A stretch of 63,190 nt of DNA, filler included, from Octopus bimaculoides (GCF_001194135.2; 6 parts of 6 records of this genome joined end to end with filler, not necessarily neighbours in it), one strand, 5' to 3'. Positions 1 to 12,019 are shown, counted from the first letter of the whole stretch. Numbers and translations are program-made. Notes: generated by a model from the sequence alone, not told the origin.

Positions 1-649
1 TACAAGAATGTTATTACGAAATTTCTAAGAAAGAAAGTAAGAAATATCAAATATTTTCAGCTGTAAAGGATAAGCAAAAACTATGAAAATGTTATTTATA
101 TGATTCTTTCGAAACTCTGGGTCTTGTTCAAATGATTTGAATCTGAAATGTAATGGAAAATAGGCCAGTTTTAAAACATTGATGTCCAAGTTACAAAAGC
201 AAAGTTTGAAGGAAATGGTTGTTATTTCTTTTGATTTCTAGATAGAAGCAAATTGGAAATAACACTTACTGACCAAAGACAAGAAAAAAATCAATAAAAA
301 TGTTGTTACGCTGTGTTATTTGTAGTGAAAAGTACACTGGCCGGTTGGTTCCATTGTGCCACAAGTCACGTGGTCTGAAACACGTACTGGGGCTTCGTCA
401 TAGCCTCGGCAGTACAGCATTGTATTAGACCAGTAACTACTTCCAAATTCTACTCTGACCTCACTGAATATTTTAATACGATGCCAACAGGAGAAGTCCT
501 AGAGTACAAGAGCTCCCAAAAGCCAAAAGGTGTGGTTAGCTGGCATGAAGATGAAAACGAGAAGAAAATACAGACCAGACAAATAAAAATGTTAACTCAC
601 ATTCATGACATGATTTAAATCGTTTTATCATAGTAATGGTTTCCAATTT

Positions 650-1208
650 CTGGCACAAGGCCAGCAAGCTCGGGAGGGCGGAGGTTAAGTCGATCACATC
701 GACCCCAGTACCCGGTTCTTATTTTTTCGACCCCGAAAGGATGAAAGATAAAGTCGACCTCAGCGGAGTTTGAACTCAGAACGTAAAGCCGAACGAAATG
801 CCGCTAGGCATCTTATCCGGCGTGCTAACGATTCTGCCAGCTCGCTGACTTCAGTAATCATCATGGTAATCCTCTCTACTAAAGGCACAAGGCCTGAAAT
901 TTTGGGGCGGGAGCTAGTCAACTATATCGACCCTCGTACGTAACTGGTACTTATTTCATTGACCCCGAAAGGGTAAAAAGCGAAGTTGACCTCGGCGAAA
1001 TTTGAACTCAGGACCTAAAGACAGACAAAATGCCGCTAGGCATTTTGCCCGACGTGCTAACGATTCTGCTTCTCTACTCTAGGCACAAGGCCCGAAATTT
1101 TGGGGGGGAGATCCAGTCGATTAGATCGATCCCAGCACGCAACTGGTACTTAATTTATCGACCCCGAAAGGATGCCCGACGTGCTAACGATTCTACTGGT
1201 TCGTTGCC
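650..1208 (-). mobile_element. Three tandem copies of tRNA-derived SINE family B
   Basis: Repeated blocks gaccccgaaaggatgaaag..gtcgacctcggcggaatttgaactcag..gtgctaacgattctgccagctcgc. The minus strand carries the B box GAGTTCAAAT. Confidence 0.88.
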
Positions 1209-1466
1209 TTGAATAATCATCATCATAATCATTGATAATTATCATTGCCCATAAATAAAAATGAAGATACGAATGATCGTTTAGCGTGTTACTCGCGCGC
1301 GCACAGACGCTTCTCTGGCATAAACATATTTACATAATATATCAATGTACGTAGGTGTATAATTATATTATACATGAAAATGAATAGATGTGTATGTGTG
1401 TGTGTGTGTCTGTATGTATGGAGTCGAGAGTACTGTAGGTTACATATGTGCGTGTGTGTGTGTGTG

Positions 1467-1497
<31 letters not shown>

Positions 1498-1504
1498 TAT
1501 TTTT

Positions 1505-1790
1505 TAATTTTTTACTTGTTTCAATCATTGGACTACGGCCATACTGGGGCACCGCCTTGAAGAAATTTCAGTCAAATTAATAGACCCCAGCACTTATTTT
1601 CTTTAAGCTTGATACTTATTCTATTGGGGTCTTATGTCGAACCGCCAAGTTAAGGGACGTAAGCACCCCAACACCGGTTGTCAAGCGGTGGAGGAACAAA
1701 TACACACACACACATACACACACACATACATATATATACACGACGGGTTTCTTACAGTTTCCGTTTACCAAATCTACTCACAAGTCCTTG
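1505..1790 (-). mobile_element. tRNA-derived SINE family A, 3' two-thirds
   Basis: gactacggccatactggggcaccgcc..gaaccgccaagtta..ccggttgtcaagcg..(CA)n..cagtttccgtttaccaaatctactcacaag. Confidence 0.85.
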
Positions 1791-1880
1791 GCGGAATTTG
1801 AACCCAGAACATAAAGACAGACGAAATACCGCCAAGCATTTCGCCCAGCGTGCTAACGTTTCTACCAGCTCGCCGCCTTG
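1790..1880 (-). mobile_element. SINE family B head
   Basis: Same head as 650-1208. Confidence 0.8.
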
Positions 1881-2494
1881 CTGACGGGATATATCAACGT
1901 AAAACTGTGAAAAACTTTAAAATGCATCATCTTAGCTACTAAAGGTTAAAGACATAACGCAAATGCTCTTTTATTATCGTTTACATCTCTGGGTTGGGGT
2001 GTAAGATAATATCTGCTATATGTAATTAATATGATACGCATAATATGTGACATGTGTAAAGTGATATATATGTGGTATGCAAAATTGTCTCAAAAACATG
2101 TGTACATATATATTCTCTCGAAAAAATGTATATACAAATAGTTTAGTGTTTTCACACATACGTGTAAAGAGACAAAATATTAAAAATCTTCATATGCTTG
2201 TTTGTGTGTGTGTGTGTGTGTGTGTGTTAGTGTAATGTGTGTGCGCTCCCGCGTGTATAAGCATAGTGAAAATATGTCGTCATAAGTGGAAGCACGCAGA
2301 AAGAAGATGTCTTAATAAGATGTATATGTAAACGGGGAAATAATAAACTAGATTCGAAGATATATGTAAACAGAAATGGCTCCATAGATATATGCAAACA
2401 GACAAAGCATATTATAAAAGGAATTTTTCTGAGCGACAAAAAAAACATATGGATAGATAGATATGTATATACATATAAGATACAGAAATAAATT

Positions 2495-2720
2495 TATTTC
2501 TCAAACGCGTGATAAAGCTATAAATAGCTTGATCAGGATAAATTATCCATTTATTGCAGAAAAATACGTTACTGGCCGGACACGAAATTCGAACTCACAT
2601 TTCTGTGATTACGCGTCAAGTGTTTTACCATTAAACTAAACTGCCCAGCAACGAATTCTTCTGCAATTTTAGAACTTATGAATTTAGCTTCATAAGACGC
2701 TAACGTTAAATTCAACTTTA
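2495..2720 (-). mobile_element. Repeat with an internal tRNA-like segment (2573-2647); second copy at 20860-21065
   Basis: Minus strand gggcagtttagtttaatggtaa..gagttcgaatttc. Both flanks are shared with 20860-21065. Confidence 0.65.
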
Positions 2721-3354
2721 CGATGCGGGTGTATAGAGTGTGTGTGTTTGTGTGTGTGTCTGTATATACTTATACACATACATGTATGTGTGTATATANN
2801 NNNNNNNNNNNNNNNNNNNNNNNNNNNNNNNNNNNNNNNNNNNNNNNNNNNNNNNNNNNNNNNNNNNNNNNNNNNNNNNNNNNNNNNNNNNNNNNNNNNN
2901 NNNNNNNNNNNNNNNNNNNNNNNNNNNNNNNNNNNNNNNNNNNNNNNNNNNNNNNNNNNNNNNNNNNNNNNNNNNNNNNNNNNNNNNNNNNNNNNNNNNN
3001 NNNNNNNNNNNNNNNNNNNNNNNNNNNNNNNNNNNNNNNNNNNNNNNNNNNNNNNNNNNNNNNNNNNNNNNNNNNNNNNNNNNNNNNNNNNNNNNNNNNN
3101 NNNNNNNNNNNNNNNNNNNNNNNNNNNNNNNNNNNNNNNNNNNNNNNNNNNNNNNNNNNNNNNNNNNNNNNNNNNNNNNNNNNNNNNNNNNNNNNNNNNN
3201 NNNNNNNNNNNNNNNNNNNNNNNNNNNNNNNNNNNNNNNNNNNNNNNNNNNNNNNNNNNNNNNNNNNNNNNNNNNNNNNNNNNNNNNNNNNNNNNNNNNN
3301 NNNNNNNNNNNATATGCATATACATACACATGCATATACATATATATATAGACA

Positions 3355-3361
3355 GACATAC

Positions 3362-3425
<64 letters not shown>

Positions 3426-3611
3426 GTGTGTGTGTGTGTATACATATAGTAATATACATATATATGCATATGTGTACTTAGAGAGATAGACAGATAAATA
3501 GACAGATTATTTCAGATAGATAGGCAAACAGACACAGACAGACAGATCGATAGATAGATAGATAAGTAAACAGACAGAGAGACAGGTAGATAGACAGACA
3601 GACAGACAGAC

Positions 3612-3678
<67 letters not shown>

Positions 3679-3700
3679 CAGACAGATAGATGGATAGATA
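3355..3700. repeat. (AGAT)n/(AGAC)n microsatellites
   Basis: Directly visible. Confidence 0.97.
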
Positions 3701-3889
3701 CACAGTCATATGTATGTATACATGTATGTATACATGTATGTATGATTATTTCGAGTGGTGTGTAGACTCTATATATTAAGGAAAAGGAGATGGTCATTGT
3801 TTAACTTTTTCGTTGCTCTAAGGAATTCATCATGAATGATGTTTTTATAGAAAATTCATAGTTGTTATAAGTGTGTGTGCGTGTGTATA

Positions 3890-3924
<35 letters not shown>

Positions 3925-3960
3925 AAGAGAGAGAAAGAAAGAGAGAGAGAGAGAGAGAGG

Positions 3961-4000
<40 letters not shown>

Positions 4001-4083
4001 GGAAAATCTTTATGGGGTTTTCGGGAAGAGGTTGTTTTTTGGGGAGTGCTTGAGAATTTTTCCTTTGTTATTTTGAATCAACT

Positions 4084-4120
<37 letters not shown>

Positions 4121-4827
4121 NNNNNNNNNNNNNNNNNNNNNNNNNNNNNNNNNNNNNNNNNNNNNNNNNNNNNNNNNNNNNNNNNNNNNNNNNNNNNNNN
4201 NNNNNNNNNNNNNNNNNNNNNNNNNNNNNNNNNNNNNNNNNNNNNNNNNNNNNNNNNNNNNNNNNNNNNNNNNNNNNNNNNNNNNNNNNNNNNNNNNNNN
4301 NNNNNNNNNNNNNNNNNNNNNNNNNNNNNNNNNNNNNNNNNNNNNNNNNNNNNNNNNNNNNNNNNNNNNNNNNNNNNNNNNNNNNNNNNNNNNNNNNNNN
4401 NNNNNNNNNNNNNNNNNNNNNNNNNNNNNNNNNNNNNNNNNNNNNNNNNNNNNNNNNNNNNNNNNNNNNNNNNNNNNNNNNNNNNNNNNNNNNNNNNNNN
4501 NNNNNNNNNNNNNNNNNNNNNNNNNNNNNNNNNNNNNNNNNNNNNNNNNNNNNNNTACTTGTTTCAGTCATTAGATTGCTGCCATGCTGGAGCACCACCT
4601 TGAAGAATAATAAAGTTGTACTCTGCAAGTGAATAGAGTAACGCAATGCTTTTTATTGTTATAACTAAACATAAAAACAAACATTAATATCTATACACAC
4701 ACACACTCACTCATCATTTCTGAATGAAGAATCGTATCTCTTAAATCTAAATTAAGTGATTATATATTTTTACTTGAATATTGCATGACGATGTTTGTAT
4801 TTGAACCATTGAAGCAACTGTAGAACA

Positions 4828-4930
4828 TGAATTCTTTGCAGTTTTATATTTAAGAGATGAGGAATTATGTACATTATTTACTTTATTTACATTATTTAGA
4901 TTTGACGGATATTTGTCCTCATCTTGTCAA
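4828..4930 (-). mobile_element. 3' fragment of the hammerhead-SINE body, lacking the ribozyme part
   Basis: tatatttaagagatgaggaattatgtacattatttac...gacggatatttgtcctcatcttg matches the 3' end of the body. Confidence 0.7.
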
Positions 4931-4974
4931 ATGTAAATAATGTAAATAATATGAATCCGTTATACTTTTACTAT

Positions 4975-5070
4975 TCATATACACTCGCCCAAGGTGCCAC
5001 AAAGTAGGACTGAACCCGGAATCATGTGGTTGGTTAGCAAGCTACTTACCACACAACCACTCCTGCTCCT
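4975..5070 (-). mobile_element. SINE family A head
   Basis: gcccaaggtgccac..ggactgaacccggaatcatgtggttgg..gctacttaccacac. Confidence 0.85.
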
Positions 5071-7470
5071 ATGAAGAGTTTTGCTCAAGAACGGTCCTGG
5101 AATGCATCGCCCGGTCCTGGAATCGAAACCACAAACTTTACGATCATAGTCAAATTCCATTTCCACAAGAACACTTCCAGAAAACCCTTACCGACTTTCA
5201 GCATAACCACCCCAGTGCGTTTCATTCTTTCATCCTTTTCACAGCAATCGCAAACCGGGTGTGTCTATTCACCTCCAACTATAAAGAGCACTTGTTATAT
5301 TTCATTCCATATCAACTATCTCTGATGAGTGCAGGGTTACATAATCGGACTCTTACCTAACACTCCTTTGCATTACTAGTGCGAAACTGATTGGTAAGAT
5401 CGACCGTAATGGCTATATAATACTGTACAAATAGGATAATACAATCACTCTGTTGACAGATATACGAGTGCGTTTTTCCTGACATATGGACTCGTGTATA
5501 TATATATATATATATATATACAACTGACACGGAACTTATAACTGAAGTTTAAACATCCACGTCTTCTACCCATGGCAAGAATCTGTAATACTTCGGAGTT
5601 GTCAGCTTTGTCTGGTTCTCTCACAAACCGATCTCCTGCGACTGCCGCTCCCCTCTAACAATTATTTGTTTACGTCAGGATGTATTTTTTCATCAACGTA
5701 TTACAATCATTCATTGAAATGACCATCCTTAAATAATTGCCTCGCTTTTCCCATTTGGACTGTCACAAAATATAGATGTGTATGTGTATACGTATATATA
5801 CTTATATATATANNNNNNNNNNNNNNNNNNNNNNNNNNNNNNNNNNNNNNNNNNNNNNNNNNNNNNNNNNNNNNNNNNNNNNNNNNNNNNNNNNNNNNNN
5901 NNNNNNNNNNNNNNNNNNNNNNNNNNNNNNNNNNNNNNNNNNNNNNNNNNNNNNNNNNNNNNNNNNNNNNNNNNNNNNNNNNNNNNNNNNNNNNNNNNNN
6001 NNNNNNNNNNNNNNNNNNNNNNNNNNNNNNNNNNNNNNNNNNNNNNNNNNNNNNNNNNNNNNNNNNNNNNNNNNNNNNNNNNNNNNNNNNNNNNNNNNNN
6101 NNNNNNNNNNNNNNNNNNNNNNNNNNNNNNNNNNNNNNNNNNNNNNNNNNNNNNNNNNNNNNNNNNNNNNNNNNNNNNNNNNNNNNNNNNNNNNNNNNNN
6201 NNNNNNNNNNNNNNNNNNNNNNNNNNNNNNNNNNNNNNNNNNNNNNNNNNNNNNNNNNNNNNNNNNNNNNNNNNNNNNNNNNNNNNNNNNNNNNNNNNNN
6301 NNNNNNNNNNNNNNNNNNNNNNNNNNNNNNNNNNNNNNNNNNNNNNNNNNNNNNNNNNNNNNNNNNNNNNNNNNNNNNNNNNNNNNNNNNNNNNNNNNNN
6401 NNNNNNNGTCAGTGAGTGAATAAGAGTGAGAGTGAGGAAGGAAGAAAGGGGGGGGAGGCAGAGAAATAGAGAGTGAATGAATGAGAGAGAGAGAGAGAGA
6501 GAGAGAGGGGGGAAAGAAAGAAAAAAATACACGGAGAAACACGAAAACTCTGTTAACTTTTTCACACACACCAGACAGGAATCTACACAAAATACACTCA
6601 CATACACACATATACACATGCGCGCATAGATACACAAACAAAACATGAAAAGGAGTCATAGTATAAAGCTCACACACACACACACACACACATACACATA
6701 ATTACATAATTGACATTTGAACATTCCTCAGACAAGCGAACCCTTAACGTAGTTCTTGTGGAGGTTCAGGATGTAACAAGGTTGGCCCTTCTTTTTTTTT
6801 TTTTTTTTTTTNNNNNNNNNNNNNNNNNNNNNNNNNNNNNNNNNNNNNNNNNNNNNNNNNNNNNNNNNNNNNNNNNNNNNNNNNNNNNNNNNNNNNNNNN
6901 NNNNNNNNNNNNNNNNNNNNNNNNNNNNNNNNNNNNNNNNNNNNNNNNNNNNNNNNNNNNNNNNNNNNNNNNNNNNNNNNNNNNNNNNNNNNNNNNNNNN
7001 NNNNNNNNNNNNNNNNNNNNNNNNNNNNNNNNNNNNNNNNNNNNNNNNNNNNNNNNNNNNNNNNNNNNNNNNNNNNNNNNNNNNNNNNNNNNNNNNNNNN
7101 NNNNNNNNNNNNNNNNNNNNNNNNNNNNNNNNNNNNNNNNNNNNNNNNNNNNNNNNNNNNNNNNNNNNNNNNNNNNNNNNNNNNNNNNNNNNNNNNNNNN
7201 NNNNNNNNNNNNNNNNNNNNNNNNNNNNNNNNNNNNNNNNNNNNNNNNNNNNNNNNNNNNNNNNNNNNNNNNNNNNNNNNNNNNNNNNNNNNNNNNNNNN
7301 NNNNNNNNNNNNNNNNNNNNNNNNNNNNNNNNNNNNNNNNNNNNNNNNNNNNNNNNNNNNNNNNNNNNNNNNNNNNNNNNNNNNNNNNNNNNNNNNNNNN
7401 NNNNNNNNNNNNNNNNNNNNNNNNNNNNNNNNNNNNNNNNNNNNNNNNNNNNNNNNNNNNNNNNNNNNNN

Positions 7471-7501
<31 letters not shown>

Positions 7502-7781
7502 CAGTAATTATTTGAGTATATAAACCTTTGTCGGGGACCTAGTTTAATCATTCCGGAAAATACTGTCAAAACCACCACCACCACCACCACCAACACCACC
7601 AACAACAACGGCAACAACAGCAACATTATCATTAAACGACGTGAATGACTTACAGAAAATAATTATGAGAATTTGGGATAATGGCGACTGAGGTTAACAG
7701 CAGATACCACTAACCCTCGTTAATAGACACGTAGTAGCCATAGACATAAATACTTACTTACATGTGTACAACATATACAGT

Positions 7782-7956
7782 CTTGAGCGTGGATGTGTGA
7801 TAAAAAGTTTGCTTCCAAATCGCATGGCACCCGGTTCGACCCCCACAGCGTGGCAGCTCGGGAAGGTGTCTTCTCCTACTACAACAGGCTTCGGGCCGAG
7901 CAAAGCTTTGAGAGTGGATTTGGTAGACGGAAGACGGAAACTGAAAGATGCTCGTC

Positions 7957-7957
<1 letters not shown>
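7782..7957 (+). mobile_element. SINE family A 5' half, decayed
   Basis: ggttcgacccc..gtgtcttct..cgggccgagcaaagctttgagagtggatttggtagacggaa. Confidence 0.8.
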
Positions 7958-7998
<41 letters not shown>

Positions 7999-8956
7999 GT
8001 GAAACAAGGGGAAACAAGAGCCTGTTTGTCAAACAATATAGTGATATAAGCATTGTTTCGGGGGATGTTATAACTATTTTGCAAGATTTACGCAACTGAA
8101 GGGTATTCTTTTTCAATTGTCGTACTAATGATTGTTCTCTTGCCAGAAACATGTGTCAACGATCGCCCTCTTGTCTCCAGACGATGAACTTGTCCTTTTC
8201 CGTAATGGCGTTTCAGTTTTGAAAAGTCTTGGTTCTTGAAATCATCTCCCCTTCTATAATGGTGGTGGTCTTTAATTGCCATTTGACAATTATGATACAT
8301 CCTCTGGAAGCGGAGATAATTTTTAATAACTCAATAATTTATCTGGCATGGAATTTTAGATACGTAGTCAATGTTTTAAAAATTATTCGAATTATCTAGG
8401 TCATAAACTGTTTTCTACTCTGTTTTGTATAAATTTAAGTTCTTTGGCTATAGGTGTCAAGGCGGCTATTTAGCTAGGAACATGTCTACGACTGTCCCTT
8501 TCTCTCTAGACAATAAGTCGGCCCTTTTCCTAAATGTCTATCCTGGAGAATACTTCCTTCTAGAGATAATTCATTTCTCAAAGGGGGCTGTTCTATGTTT
8601 CTATTTGGTAACTAAAATACGTTCTGTCGAGGCGAAGATAATGTTAATAAACCAAGCATTTATGTTGTATGGTATCTAATATATCTGTACATGTCTATTC
8701 ACAAGTTTGTTTACCGCTATTAATTACATTTGACTATTTTTCAGAAATTTAGAAAAATTCTTAAGAAAGTCGCTAACAATATTTGAGAATGGTTAGATTT
8801 TGAAATCAAATAGGTTTTTAAAACTTAACTCAGTAACCGAGAAAAAGTATGTAATTAGCGAATATAACCAATTGTGATCCACGAAAGTCGTGGGCGGTGG
8901 AATCTTTGCATCGCTAATGATGTCATAATACGACTGAAACATGAATCGACTGACGA

Positions 8957-9052
8957 CGGCAAGTTGACAGAAACGTTAGCACGCCGGGCGAAATGCTTAG
9001 TGGTATTTCGTCTGCCGCTACGTTCTGAGTTCAAATTCCGCCGAGGTCGATT
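8957..9052 (+). mobile_element. SINE family B head
   Basis: cagaaacgttagcacgccgggcgaaatgcttag..ctgagttcaaattccgccgaggtcga. Confidence 0.85.
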
Positions 9053-10421
9053 TTGAAAAATCTTGCCTCTCACAATATGGAAATATTTTTCATGGTACCA
9101 CAGACAAAATGGAAAAGGCTTTTTCGCAGGGGATAGCGAGGAAGATGCGCTGAAACAGCCATTCTAACTCACAGGACTCGCACTTGCGGACAACCATCTC
9201 CGCTCCGACAGCGGTGAGCAGGAATATATCCGCCGTACCATATCCCTNNNNNNNNNNNNNNNNNNNNNNNNNNNNNNNNNNNNNNNNNNNNNNNNNNNNN
9301 NNNNNNNNNNNNNNNNNNNNNNNNNNNNNNNNNNNNNNNNNNNNNNNNNNNNNNNNNNNNNNNNNNNNNNNNNNNNNNNNNNNNNNNNNNNNNNNNNNNN
9401 NNNNNNNNNNNNNNNNNNNNNNNNNNNNNNNNNNNNNNNNNNNNNNNNNNNNNNNNNNNNNNNNNNNNNNNNNNNNNNNNNNNNNNNNNNNNNNNNNNNN
9501 NNNNNNNNNNNNNNNNNNNNNNNNNNNNNNNNNNNNNNNNNNNNNNNNNNNNNNNNNNNNNNNNNNNNNNNNNNNNNNNNNNNNNNNNNNNNNNNNNNNN
9601 NNNNNNNNNNNNNNNNNNNNNNNNNNNNNNNNNNNNNNNNNNNNNNNNNNNNNNNNNNNNNNNNNNNNNNNNNNNNNNNNNNNNNNNNNNNNNNNNNNNN
9701 NNNNNNNNNNNNNNNNNNNNNNNNNNNNNNNNNNNNNNNNNNNNNNNNNNNNNNNNNNNNNNNNNNNNNNNNNNNNNNNNNNNNNNNNNNNNNNNNNNNN
9801 NNNNNNNNNNNNNNNNNNNNNNNNNNNNNNNNNNNNNNNNNNNNNNNNNNNNNNNNNNNNNNNNNNNNNNNNNNNNNNNNNNNNNNNNNNNNNNNNNNNN
9901 NNNNNNNNNNNNNNNNNNNNNNNNNNNNNNNNNNNNNNNNNNNNNNNNNNNNNNNNNNNNNNNNNNNNNNNNNNNNNNNNNNNNNNNNNNNNNNNNNNNN
10001 NNNNNNNNNNATATATATATATATAAACCAGACGTTCACACAAGCAAACACGCATGTATACACACACACATATTTATATATATATGCACATACATAGGGA
10101 GAGCTGTGAACTGACTCGATGTATTTACGCCTACCTGTCAAGAGCGAAAAATTTTCTTCTTGACAAAATACGGTGAATGTCTTTCTCACGGGTTCGAATA
10201 TGCCTCAAGGATATTTGAAGTGGTAACATGTTTGCATTTATAAGCATCACTGCTAAGCGTTGTCACCCCGCACGCACACACAACACACACGCACAAATAC
10301 AGATGCAAACGCATGTGCATATCAGGATACATATCATAGAATAGGATGGACTGAGTGGAGCAGGAGTACACACGAGGACGGAAAGTGTCGCTGAAGAGGT
10401 CGCTGGAAAAAGTATATATAT

Positions 10422-10664
10422 ATTTGCATTGAGAAGCACTTCCCATCGCCAACCGGTGGTTGTCACACGCTGATGATGGGTCAATGTCCAGAAACTCGGG
10501 TCCGTGTGTATCACGTCAGGCTGGTGATGGGAAAGATGACTTCCCTTTGCAAATCCTGATAGGGCACAGAAAATGTGTCAATAGCCAGCTGGGGGAGATG
10601 TCTTCATGGGGCTACAAGCTACAGTAGCAACAACCCTTAAGGGTTAGCCACATTTAGGTGGCAA
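10422..10664 (+). mobile_element. Fold-back element with a hammerhead at its apex; diverged relative of the element at 24231-24875
   Basis: Imperfect inverted arms flank the ribozyme (atttgca...ttcccatcgccaacc versus ggctggtgatgggaa...tgcaaat). The 3' part (gggcacagaa..tagcc..ggggcta..ccacatttaggtggcaa) resembles the right arm of the element at 24745-24875. Confidence 0.6.
10464..10508 (+). ncRNA. Type I hammerhead ribozyme motif, intact core
   Basis: CACACG / CTGATGA / TGGG-tcaatg-TCCA / GAAAC-tcgg-GTC / CGTGTG. Perfect 6-bp stem I, both core boxes present, 4-bp stem II, GUC triplet with predicted cleavage after 10502. Confidence 0.85.
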
Positions 10665-11128
10665 ATATACTTCACGATATATGTATGTGTGTGTGTACAT
10701 ATATATATACAATGTTTGGGGGTTTAGTTCACAGGTGATCTAAATGATTAGGTACGCTAAGTAAGTGGTGTAACGGACTACTGGGGCTCCAAGGTCATTG
10801 TCGAAACGGTAGTTATGGAGCCATTGCAGATTTCCGATGCAGCGGATATATAATTGTTAAACAGTACGTCAAACGTTAAGGCAAGGTAAACATCTCAAGT
10901 CATATATAATATTATTACAAGAAGAAATTCAAAATCTCACAGGTCATGGATCTACGCAGGATTGAACCTAAGGACTCCTGCTCTTGTCTCTATAACTTCG
11001 GAAAGTTCAACTATGAACTTTTATGCTTCTTTTTTCTTCTCTCTTTCCATCTCCTTATTCTTCTACTCCCTTCCTCTATGTTGTCATCTTATTAATTTAT
11101 ACCATTTTCCATATTTTTCCCCCAATTT

Positions 11129-11184
11129 GTCTCTGATGACGGAATATCCCATACTCGCGGATATCCCAGAAACAGCTGTAAGAC
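11129..11184 (+). ncRNA. Minimal type I hammerhead ribozyme motif in a Penelope pLTR-like context
   Basis: GTCT / CTGATGA / CGGAATATCC-catactcgc-GGATATCCCA / GAAAC-agct-GTA / AGAC. Stem I is 4 bp. Stem II is 10 bp with two mismatches, one at its base. Stem III lies in the palindrome ACAGCTGT. GUA triplet. Confidence 0.75.
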
Positions 11185-11616
11185 TTTGAATTTCTTCCTA
11201 GTTTCCATTTGCCTGGCAGACGATCAGACCGCCATTTAATTATGTTTTTTTTTTCTAAATATTATTATTGTTTTTGTTGAAAAAAATTTGTTGGAAAAAA
11301 GCCGTGATAATTATGCACCAACCCAATATAACACAATTGGCACATTTTGCACTTATTCTGAAGTTAACACCCAATGTTGTAAAAGTGCCTCATATGACCC
11401 ACATGATACATAGAAAGAAACAAAAGAAACACTAAAATAACAGCAACAACGAGAAGAAAAGGCCAAACCCACGATGAAGTAAATTAGGTGTGACACATGA
11501 ACACCAGCCGACATCTGTAGCAGACGGCTGCGCAAATCTCAATAAGAAGGAGACGCAACGGGTGGTGCAGCTGAAACCTGCGTGAGTCTGTTGAAAACAT
11601 GATGATGATAGAAAGG

Positions 11617-11717
11617 AGGAGGAGGAAAACAAGAAGACGACGACGTAGAAGAAGAAGCAGAAGAAGAAGAAGAAGAAGAAGAAGAAGAAGAATAAGAAGA
11701 AGAAGAAGAAGAAGAAG

Positions 11718-11750
<33 letters not shown>
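11617..11750. repeat. Compound (GAA)n-(CAA)n microsatellite
   Basis: Directly visible. Confidence 0.97.
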
Positions 11751-11751
<1 letters not shown>

Positions 11752-11854
11752 TATATATATATATATATACTTAACATAGATTATAACACTTCTTGGCACA
11801 CACACACACCTTACGTTGAGCACTTTTGAATTGAGTAAAAATAACATCAGCAAA

Positions 11855-11958
11855 ACAAACCACAACACTTACCCGTGGTACGCAGAGCTGCGCTCGGTAG
11901 TGCAGTGAAAGCACGCGATAAAAATAAAACTATTGACAAAAAACAACGATAACAACAG

Positions 11959-12018
<60 letters not shown>
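11855..12018 (+). mobile_element. R4/Dong-clade LINE 3' UTR with (AAT)n tail
   Basis: cagagctgcgctcggtagtgcagtgaaagcac..ataaaaataaaacta matches the 3' UTR that follows the ORF stop at 21880-22180. Confidence 0.75.

Positions 12019-12019
<1 letters not shown>

Noticed and set aside
2573-2647. Possible functional tRNA genes (also 21454-21527, 39540-39612, 48441-48515)
   Set aside because: Acceptor stems do not pair properly and the segments are embedded in repeats. They are SINE heads or tRNA-derived relics.
8947-8985. CTGACGA...GAAACGTT hammerhead-like words
   Set aside because: GAAACGTTAGC belongs to the SINE family B head, stem II is out of register, and there is no stem I.
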